Source: Ahrensia sp. (GTDB taxonomy: Bacteria; Pseudomonadota; Alphaproteobacteria; Rhizobiales; Rhizobiaceae). From it: DNA of 64,000 bases. The DNA lies in assembly GCA_028817895.1 (NCBI GenBank), contig JAPPOQ010000005.1:98652-162651 (forward strand). Direction: 5' to 3'. The position numbers and the translations under genes are program-made. Shown piece by piece: positions 56,898-64,000 of the stretch. Below the pieces are notes generated by a model. The model was not told where the DNA came from. It saw only the letters and a list, made by a program, of their open reading frames with translations, and did not search any database. The first letter of the stretch is position 1, and every line of letters begins with the position of its first letter.

Positions 56898-56926
56898 GTT
56901 GACACAGCTAATCGATTTAGTCACTA
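56898..56926 (+). promoter_or_regulatory. xylF promoter candidate with an embedded palindromic operator
   Basis: TTGACA (56898-56903), 17 nt, then CACTAT (56921-56926). The spacer holds CTAATCGATTTAG (56907-56919) with the perfect core AATCGATT. Confidence 0.45.
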
Positions 56927-57012
56927 TTTATTTCGAGGCTCGAATTAAATGGTCTCGCGGAAGCTCGTTCCGCTTCACCCCAGCAAATTGGTGTTCGCAC
57001 CGGGAGGAAATC

Positions 57013-58047
57013 ATGAAGAAGTTTGCAAGCGCGCTGATGCTCGGCGCCGCATTGAGTGTCGCTGCCGCAGGCGCGGCCTTTGCCGATGGCAAGAAGATCG
57101 GCGTCAGCTGGTCGAACTTCCAGGAAGAGCGTTGGAAGACTGACGAGGCGGCAATGAAGGCCGCGATCGAAGCCAATGGCGACACATACATCTCTGCCGA
57201 TGCGCAGCTTTCCGCTGCCAAGCAATTGTCAGATGTGGAAAGCCTGATCGCACAGGGCGTTGATGCTCTCATTGTCCTATCGGTTGACTCCGGTTCGGTG
57301 GGCGCTGTTGTTGATAAGGCCGACGCCGAAGGCATTCCGGTGGTTGGTTATGACCGACTAATCGAAGACCAGCGCGCCTTCTATCTCACCTTCGACAATA
57401 AGGGCGTCGGCAGCATCATTGCGGAGCAGGTTCGTGCCGCTCAGCCTGAGGGAAACTATGCCATCATCAAGGGCGACAAGGGTGACCCGAACGCCACCTT
57501 CCTCCTGGAAGGCATGATGGAAGTCATCGGTGACGACGTGAAGGCCGGCAAGATCAACATCGCTTGCGAAACCTTCACCGATGGCTGGAAGCCAGACAAT
57601 GCTCAAAAGAACATGGAGCAGTGCCTCACATCCCAGAACAACAATATCGACGCTGTTCTGGCTGAAAATGACGGCATGGCTGGTGGTGTCATCGCAGCCC
57701 TCGAAGCCCAGGGGCTGAGCGTTCCCGTTGGCGGACAGGACGGTGACCACGCTGCGCTCAACCGCGTCGCTCGCGGCACCCAGACCGTTTCGGTTTGGAA
57801 AGACGCGCGTCAGCTCGGCGCTGCGGCAGGCAACATTGCTTCGCAACTGGCCGACGGCAAGAAGCTCGACGAAGTTGAGGGTGCCATCAAATGGTCCGGC
57901 GGTGCCAATGGCGTTGAAATGAACGCTATCCTCTTGGCGCCGACCCCGATCACCAAAGACAACATCAATGTCGTGATCGAGGCAGGACATATTGCCAAAG
58001 ACAAAGTGTGTGAAGGCGCTGTCGAAGGCGTCAACGGTTGCAGCTGA
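57013..58047 (+). CDS. xylF: D-xylose-type ABC transporter substrate-binding protein
   Basis: GGGAGGAAA ribosome-binding site, signal peptide MKKFASALMLGAALSVAAAGAAFA and KIGVSWSNFQEERWKTDEAAMK; 344 aa. Confidence 0.85.
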   Translation: MKKFASALMLGAALSVAAAGAAFADGKKIGVSWSNFQEERWKTDEAAMKAAIEANGDTYISADAQLSAAKQLSDVESLIAQGVDALIVLSVDSGSVGAVVDKADAEGIPVVGYDRLIEDQRAFYLTFDNKGVGSIIAEQVRAAQPEGNYAIIKGDKGDPNATFLLEGMMEVIGDDVKAGKINIACETFTDGWKPDNAQKNMEQCLTSQNNNIDAVLAENDGMAGGVIAALEAQGLSVPVGGQDGDHAALNRVARGTQTVSVWKDARQLGAAAGNIASQLADGKKLDEVEGAIKWSGGANGVEMNAILLAPTPITKDNINVVIEAGHIAKDKVCEGAVEGVNGCS

Positions 58048-58121
58048 TCACGCTCAACCCATAACCACCAACCGCCCTTTCCCGGCAATGTCGGGAAGGG
58101 GCAGGCTCAAGGCTTTGTCCC

Positions 58122-59456
58122 ATGTCCGATACGTCTGATACGACGCCCGCTCCCGCGGGCGCGGCGAAGGCTGACAACGAATCCGCCTTCACCCGCTTCA
58201 TGCGCGCAACCGAGATCGACGCCCGTCTGCTTGGCATGATTGCCGCTTTGCTGGTCATCTGGGTTGGCTTCCACCTCTACGGTGTGGTGGTCAATGATTT
58301 CGGCGCCTTTTTGACGGCGCGCAACCTTTGGAATCTTTCCGTCCAGACAGCCTCCATCGGCGTGATGGCGACCGGCATGGTGCTGGTTATCGTAACACGC
58401 CATATCGACCTGTCGGTCGGTTCCATTCTTGGCCTGTGCGCCATGTCTATGGCGATCATACAGGTCTGGTGGCTTCCGGATATTCTGGGCATCGGACATC
58501 CCATGATCTGGATCATCACGGTGATCTGCGGACTGGCCATAGGCTGCGCAATTGGGGCCCTGCATGGTTATCTGATCGCCTTTCTGGGCATTCCCGCCTT
58601 TATCGTTACGCTTGGCGGTCTGCTGATCTGGCGTGGCGTTGCCTTTCTGCTGGCCCGCGGCGAAACAATTTCTCCCGTGGACGACACCTTCGCTCTGCTT
58701 GGAGGTGGCCCTTTCGGTTCAATCGGAGCCACGGGCAGCTGGATTGTCGGCATCATCGGCTGCGCGGCAGTTGTGGCGCTCATCATCATGGGGCGCAGGC
58801 AGCGGCAGAAGTTCAATTTCCCCCAGCGGCCGGTTTGGGCTGAAGGCACGCTCATCGCAGTGGGCTGCGGTTTCATCATCGGCTTCGTGGTGCTCGTCAA
58901 CTCCTATCCATGGCCGCGCGGGATCGTGCGCCGCTATGTCGAGGCCAACAATATTCAAACGCCGGTGGAGGACATCTTCATCTCGCACGGTTTTGCCATT
59001 CCGGTCCTCATTCTCATCGCCGTGGGTGTCGCCATGACGTTCCTGACCACCCGCACGCGGTTTGGCCGCTATGTCTTTGCCATTGGTGGCAACCCTGAAG
59101 CTGCGGAACTGGCTGGTATCAACACGCGCTGGATCACGGTGAAGATCTTCGCCCTCATGGGCACTCTGGCCGCTTTGTCGGCGGTCATTGCGAGCGCAAG
59201 GCTGAATTCGGCTACCAACAATCTGGGCACGCTGGACGAACTCTACGTCATCGCAGCGGCTGTGATTGGCGGGACATCATTTTCTGGCGGCATTGGCACG
59301 ATCTATGGCGCAATTCTCGGCGCTCTGGTCATGCAGTCACTACAAACTGGCATGGTGTTGATCGGTTTCGACGCAGCCATCCAGCAAATCGTGGTGGGCT
59401 CGGTGCTTGTTGCGGCGGTCTGGATAGACACGATCTACAGGCGGAGGCAGAAATGA
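58122..59456 (+). CDS. xylH: sugar (xylose-type) ABC transporter permease
   Basis: 444-aa polytopic protein between xylF and the ATPase. 4-nt overlap with the ATPase gene. Confidence 0.85.
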   Translation: MSDTSDTTPAPAGAAKADNESAFTRFMRATEIDARLLGMIAALLVIWVGFHLYGVVVNDFGAFLTARNLWNLSVQTASIGVMATGMVLVIVTRHIDLSVGSILGLCAMSMAIIQVWWLPDILGIGHPMIWIITVICGLAIGCAIGALHGYLIAFLGIPAFIVTLGGLLIWRGVAFLLARGETISPVDDTFALLGGGPFGSIGATGSWIVGIIGCAAVVALIIMGRRQRQKFNFPQRPVWAEGTLIAVGCGFIIGFVVLVNSYPWPRGIVRRYVEANNIQTPVEDIFISHGFAIPVLILIAVGVAMTFLTTRTRFGRYVFAIGGNPEAAELAGINTRWITVKIFALMGTLAALSAVIASARLNSATNNLGTLDELYVIAAAVIGGTSFSGGIGTIYGAILGALVMQSLQTGMVLIGFDAAIQQIVVGSVLVAAVWIDTIYRRRQK

Positions 59457-60238
59457 GCACCGCAAACACAACTCCACTGATCGAGATGCGCGACATCTCG
59501 ATCGCTTTTGGCGGCATCAAGGCCGTCGATCACGCTACCGTCGATCTGTTTCCTGGCGAAGTGGTAGGCCTGTTGGGGCACAATGGCGCGGGCAAATCCA
59601 CGCTTATCAAAATCCTCTCGGGTGCATATCCGCGCGACGGTGGCGAAATTTTCGTACGCGGAGAAGCCGCCAAGATCGACAATCCACGCGACGCCAAGGC
59701 CTATGGTATCGAAACCATCTACCAGACACTGGCGCTGGCCGACAATGTCGATGCCGCCGCCAATCTCTATCTGGGTCGCGAGTTGCGCACCCGTTGGGGC
59801 ACGCTGGATGATGTCGCCATGGAGGCTGAAGCCCGCAAGGTTATGGGTCGATTGAATCCGAACTTTCAGCGCTTCAAGGAGCCGGTCTCCAAGCTTTCCG
59901 GTGGTCAACGACAGAGCGTTGCCATCGCGCGAGCGATTCTCTTCAATGCGCAGATCCTGATCATGGACGAACCCACTGCGGCGCTCGGTCCGCAGGAGAC
60001 CGAACAGGTCGGTGATCTCATCAAGCAGTTGAAGAAAGACGGTATCGGCATCTTTCTGATCAGCCACGACATCCACGATGTGTTTGATCTGGCAGACCGC
60101 GTTGCCGTTATGAAGAACGGGCAGATGGTCGGCTATGCCAAGACCAGCGATGTGACCAAGGACGAAGTGCTCGGCATGATCATCCTTGGCAAATGCCCGC
60201 CCGGAGCGATGCCCGGACCTGGCGCGATGAAGGACTGA
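59453..60238 (+). CDS. xylG: sugar ABC transporter ATP-binding protein (single ABC cassette), xylG-like
   Basis: Walker [10 protein letters not shown], signature LSGGQRQSV and Walker B ILIMDE; 261 aa. Confidence 0.82.
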   Translation: MSTANTTPLIEMRDISIAFGGIKAVDHATVDLFPGEVVGLLGHNGAGKSTLIKILSGAYPRDGGEIFVRGEAAKIDNPRDAKAYGIETIYQTLALADNVDAAANLYLGRELRTRWGTLDDVAMEAEARKVMGRLNPNFQRFKEPVSKLSGGQRQSVAIARAILFNAQILIMDEPTAALGPQETEQVGDLIKQLKKDGIGIFLISHDIHDVFDLADRVAVMKNGQMVGYAKTSDVTKDEVLGMIILGKCPPGAMPGPGAMKD

Positions 60239-60364
60239 TCAAGACGGTCGGCCAAGATGGATCGATCTGGAAGATCGCAGCGGCGCTTTGGTCTTCCGCC
60301 CACCTTCTCGGATTAAGGTTCTGGCCCGTTCAAGAATATCGGCCCATTTCAGACATTGGCGAGG

Positions 60365-60811
60365 TTACGAGATCAGACCGGCCTGACAGGTTGCTTCGAC
60401 ACCTTCAATCCATGCGCGTGCATCCCAGTTGCGGCCGAATTGTCTGTCGGTGCGCGAAGCAATTATGGATGTGCGAGCGTAGAAATCGAAGCAATTGGTT
60501 CCGCGTTGCCAGACTTCAAAGCAGCCTCCGGTCAGCTCCTGCGGCTGGTACGAAAAACACAGCAAATCCAGGTCAAAAAACATACGCCCAACCGACAAGC
60601 GTCCGTCCTGAACATAATCGCTGGTGCCGTCCGTGTTGAAATTCTCCGCCCAGCTCTGCCCATCCGCATATTCGCCGATCAGCCTTTTGCCGAACAGGCG
60701 AGTGGCAATCTGCGACTGGTTCAGTGGGGTGGACGCAAATTGAGCGGAAGCTGGTGCAAATGGGAGCGTCGGTGCCGCCAGCAGGATGGCGGCAATTGAC
60801 ATTCCTCGCAT
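60365..60811 (-). CDS. hypothetical secreted protein with four Cys
   Basis: Signal-like MRGMSIAAILLAAPTLPFAPASA. No recognised motif. The start is uncertain (60802, 60811 or 60832). Confidence 0.45.
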   Translation of the reverse strand: MRGMSIAAILLAAPTLPFAPASAQFASTPLNQSQIATRLFGKRLIGEYADGQSWAENFNTDGTSDYVQDGRLSVGRMFFDLDLLCFSYQPQELTGGCFEVWQRGTNCFDFYARTSIIASRTDRQFGRNWDARAWIEGVEATCQAGLIS

Positions 60812-60964
60812 CGCCGCTAAAACGCCAATCATGTTTGCGAAGGCTGTCAAAACGAAGACCACCTCGTAGCTGTTCTCTCCCGTGCTCTCCCGGGAGGGAG
60901 CGGTGCGGAAAGCGTGTGTCTTGATCGGCACCGCGAAATTGGAGAGATCAGGAGCATCATCATC

Positions 60965-62011
60965 ATGGGATACAGAATTGCAATCGTCGGCGCCACGGGC
61001 AATGTGGGCCGAGAAGTGCTTTCCATTCTCGCGGAACGGCAGTTTCCGGTTGACGAGATCGTGGCGCTGGCATCACGCCGCAGTCAGGGCACTGAAGTCT
61101 CGTTTGGCGACAAGACGCTCAAGGTGAAGGCGCTCGACAATCACGATTTTTCGAAGTCCGACATCGCCATCATGTCGGCGGGCGGTTCGCTGTCCACGCA
61201 ATGGGCGCCAAAAATCGGCAAGGCGGGATGCGTGGTCATCGACAACTCCTCAGCCTTTCGCTATGACCCCGAGGTCCCATTGATCGTGCCGGAAGTGAAT
61301 GCCAATGCGATTGAAGGGTTCTCCAAGAAAAACATCATCGCCAATCCCAACTGCTCGACGGCACAGCTGGTGGTCGCCCTGAAACCTCTGCACGAACGGG
61401 CGAAGATCAAGCGCGTGGTGGTTGCGACCTATCAATCCGTTTCCGGTGCCGGAAAGGAAGCGATGGAAGAGCTGTTCAATCAGACGCGAGCCGTATTCGT
61501 TGCTGATCCGGTCGAAGCGGGCAAGTTTACCAAACGAATCGCCTTCAACTGCATCCCGCATATCGACGTCTTTATGGATTCCGGCGAAACCAAGGAAGAA
61601 TGGAAGATGGTCGCCGAGACAAAGAGGATGCTTGATCCAAAGATCAAGCTCACCGCCACCTGCGTGCGCGTGCCGGTCTTTGTCTCTCATTCCGAAGCGG
61701 TCAATATTGAGTTTGAAGATGAGTTGTCTGCCGATGAAGCGCGGTCGATCCTGCGCGAGTCGCCTGGTTGTCTCGTCGTCGATAAGCGCGAGGACGGTGG
61801 CTATGTCACGCCGTATGAAGCGGCAGGCGAAGACGCAACCTACATTTCACGCATTCGAGACGACTCAACGGTGGAGAACGGATTGAACATGTGGGTGGTC
61901 TCGGACAATTTGCGCAAGGGTGCGGCGCTGAACACCGTGCAAATCGCCGAACTTTTGGTGAATCGTGGCCTGCTCAAACAAGGTTTGAGCGCAGCGCCTG
62001 AAATGGCCTGA
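60965..62011 (+). CDS. asd: aspartate-semialdehyde dehydrogenase
   Basis: NAD fold IAIVGATGNVGREV and the catalytic Cys context IANPNCSTAQ; 348 aa. Confidence 0.95.
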   Translation: MGYRIAIVGATGNVGREVLSILAERQFPVDEIVALASRRSQGTEVSFGDKTLKVKALDNHDFSKSDIAIMSAGGSLSTQWAPKIGKAGCVVIDNSSAFRYDPEVPLIVPEVNANAIEGFSKKNIIANPNCSTAQLVVALKPLHERAKIKRVVVATYQSVSGAGKEAMEELFNQTRAVFVADPVEAGKFTKRIAFNCIPHIDVFMDSGETKEEWKMVAETKRMLDPKIKLTATCVRVPVFVSHSEAVNIEFEDELSADEARSILRESPGCLVVDKREDGGYVTPYEAAGEDATYISRIRDDSTVENGLNMWVVSDNLRKGAALNTVQIAELLVNRGLLKQGLSAAPEMA

Positions 62012-62049
62012 AGCCCGAGGGGTGAGACTTAACTTTTGGCGCAAGGCGT

Positions 62050-62071
62050 TCTGACTCCTGAAGCGGTCCGT
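62050..62071. terminator. hairpin between the convergent asd and hemY-like genes
   Basis: GAAGCGG-TCCGTGGG-CCGCTTC. No clear U-tract. Confidence 0.4.
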
Positions 62072-62087
62072 GGGCCGCTTCAATCGG

Positions 62088-63923
62088 TCAAAAGAAGACA
62101 GCTTTCTTCTTTGGCGGTGTATCGGTTATGCCCGGATCATCGGGTCGTTTGTCAATCACACCGTCGGCGTCTTCATCAAAATTGGCGTTCTTGTAAGGCG
62201 TGTGGCTGGTAGCTCTGGCGGCTTTCGGCTCAGTCTCTGACCTTGGCGATGGGTCACTTGCGGGCTTGGGCGTCGGCTGAATGTCATTGTCGTTCTTTGG
62301 CAGCTTGGTTGCTGACGGCACCTCATCCCTTGTCTCTTCGTCGGCAGCCTGCTCTTTGTCAGATGAAGGATCCGAGGGCTCTGCGTCCTGAGCCTCCGCG
62401 GCCGCAACATCTTCAACCGGCCTTTTTGGGTCATCGGCCTGCGTGTCCGCGGTCTGCATGTCCGCCGCCTGAGTGGGATCATCCGCTTTCGGCAGAGTTT
62501 CCGGGTCTTTCGGTGTGGAGGTTGGTGATTGCGCTTCGCCTACGGTCTCAGTCTCGAGGACGGCAACCATCGGTTTTGGCTCTTCATGAGCCAGGTCACT
62601 GTAGTCGATAGATCTTTGCGGGCCGTCTATGCCTTCCACCGGAACCCGCCATTCAAAGGCGCCAATGTGCCCGGTGACGGGCGAAACCGGTGCCCAATGG
62701 TCGGACACAACGCCATCTGCTGTCCAGGCCGGATCACGCGGCGCGCTCACAGCCCGCGAAAGCCATTCACGCACCCGGCCCCGGTCACCATGTTCGGCTT
62801 CCTCAATATCGGCCATCAAGAGGCATGCGCGTTCCGTTGCGCCGTTGCGCAAAACCGACTGCATGGCATCGCGCGCCTGTTTCCACTCGCCAGCGTCCAG
62901 CGCAGCGCGGGCGACCGCCATCTGCCCTTCGGGGCTGTGGCCGCGCAGAGTGGCCAGCTTTTCGGCGCGTTTCAGCCGGTCAAGCGTTGAATCGCCTGAG
63001 CGGAGTTGAACATAGGTCTCAGCGATTTCAGGATGTGGCGACTTCTTCCACGTCGTCTCCAATACTTTTGCAGCCTTGCGCAGATCACCGGTGCGGGTGC
63101 CAAGGCGACCGACCAAAACGGCGGCCGGGACGAAAGCCGGGTCCAGCTTGTGTGCCGCCAGAGCATGCGCTTTGGCCGCATCGGGGCTTGCACCCTCTTC
63201 CTGTTCGGCCAGGGCAGTCAGAATAACTGTGCGCTTGGCTTTGTAGTCGTCTTTCTCAACCAGTGTTGCGGCTCGGTTGCTTTCCAGCTGATGCAAAGCC
63301 TCTTCCCAGTTTCCGGCGAGCGCCTGACCCTTGAGCACAGCCTGCGCCGCCCAAGGTGTGCTGGGAGCATGCTCATTGGCCTCCAGCGCGAAATGAGCCG
63401 CAGCCTCCGGTTCGTTCTCCCGCTCGGCTTCGACGTAAAGTCCACGCAGCCCCAGAAGCTTTGTTTCATCGTGATGGGTCATCGCCTCAAATTTGAGACG
63501 GGCATCCTGCCGCCTACCTTCCAGAATGGCTGTTTGCGCGTCGAGCAGCGAAACGAGCGGTTCATCTTCCAGAAGTTTGCCCGATTCCTTCGACAGTTTT
63601 CGCGCGGTTGGTGCATCTCCAGCGCCCGCTGCTATCAGTCCGCGGGACAGCGCCCTGTAGCCCTTGTCGCGACGACGCCCGCTGCGCCAGCGTCCAAACG
63701 CCTGCGGTGAATGCAAAACGGCGGAAATAACCCACCAAACCATCATGATGGTAACAATAACAATGGCCAGTACGATGACCGCCTGCAGCAGGGTGACGCG
63801 ATATTCCAGATTTTCGTCCAGCCAAGGCCAGGCGATGGCCACTGTTCCAGGATTATCGGCAAGCCAGGAAAATGCGATCGCCGCAGCGAAGAGAACCAGG
63901 ACAAACAGTGCAAGGCGGACCAT
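62088..63923 (-). CDS. hemY: HemY-like inner-membrane TPR protein with a long acidic/Pro-rich C-terminal tail
   Basis: Two N-terminal TM helices (HemY_N pattern), a TPR-like middle region, and a low-complexity tail of about 175 aa; 611 aa. Confidence 0.75.
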   Translation of the reverse strand: MVRLALFVLVLFAAAIAFSWLADNPGTVAIAWPWLDENLEYRVTLLQAVIVLAIVIVTIMMVWWVISAVLHSPQAFGRWRSGRRRDKGYRALSRGLIAAGAGDAPTARKLSKESGKLLEDEPLVSLLDAQTAILEGRRQDARLKFEAMTHHDETKLLGLRGLYVEAERENEPEAAAHFALEANEHAPSTPWAAQAVLKGQALAGNWEEALHQLESNRAATLVEKDDYKAKRTVILTALAEQEEGASPDAAKAHALAAHKLDPAFVPAAVLVGRLGTRTGDLRKAAKVLETTWKKSPHPEIAETYVQLRSGDSTLDRLKRAEKLATLRGHSPEGQMAVARAALDAGEWKQARDAMQSVLRNGATERACLLMADIEEAEHGDRGRVREWLSRAVSAPRDPAWTADGVVSDHWAPVSPVTGHIGAFEWRVPVEGIDGPQRSIDYSDLAHEEPKPMVAVLETETVGEAQSPTSTPKDPETLPKADDPTQAADMQTADTQADDPKRPVEDVAAAEAQDAEPSDPSSDKEQAADEETRDEVPSATKLPKNDNDIQPTPKPASDPSPRSETEPKAARATSHTPYKNANFDEDADGVIDKRPDDPGITDTPPKKKAVFF

Positions 63924-64000
63924 ATGGACGCTCCGATTGGCTCATTGGGTGAAACGGCGCAGCACGAGGCCGCTACCCGTCGCTGGCAGATGACAAGACC

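Noticed and set aside
1-64000. Search for defence islands, prophage, integrative elements, toxin-antitoxin pairs, and tRNA/rRNA genes
   Set aside because: No integrase, transposase, restriction-modification, cas, abortive-infection-type ATPase/nuclease pairs or phage structural genes were recognisable. No cloverleaf-sized conserved RNA stood out in the spacers. The only compositionally foreign coding segment is the NYN gene, which is reported as a finding.

Overview
This is a 64-kb chromosomal segment from a high-GC alphaproteobacterium. Gene order and protein motifs look Hyphomicrobiales/Rhizobiales-like, but I cannot name the species. It opens at the partition locus mnmE-mnmG-rsmG-parA-parB, which carries three parS sites. 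It then runs through densely packed, mostly housekeeping genes: holA-lptE-leuS, yggS, rpmF, xylB, ccmABCDG, ftsY-mtaB-dapF, ffh-GNAT-chorismate mutase-rpsP, rimM, thpR, phhB, ruvC, asd and hemY. More accessory blocks are interspersed. They are an HAAT-type ABC importer next to an SDR-cupin-cyclase / IclR / FAD-monooxygenase cluster, gluconate genes, a Zur regulon (zur-znuBC, znuA, CobW-type GTPase, DUF1826), a ROK regulator fused in an overlapping operon with a di-heme oxidoreductase and a CRTAC1/ASPIC-UnbV protein, and xylFHG. Many neighbouring genes overlap by 1-14 nt. I recognised no rRNA, tRNA, CRISPR array, transposase, integrase or phage genes, and no known defence system. I cannot defend any complete new multi-gene system here. 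The best leads are: (1) a low-GC NYN/LabA-type nuclease-domain gene inserted between rpsP and rimM, with its stop 2 nt before the rimM start; (2) a 311-bp noncoding element bounded by 23-bp inverted repeats with nested hairpins between thpR and phhB; (3) an orphan promoter plus intrinsic terminator just upstream of ffh, either an sRNA or a leader; (4) the overlapping ROK/di-heme/CRTAC1 operon; (5) an uncharacterised catabolic cluster with a 23-bp palindromic operator; and (6) a repeat-expanded His-rich loop of about 105 aa in ZnuA. All functional calls rest on motif recognition by eye, and no database search was run.
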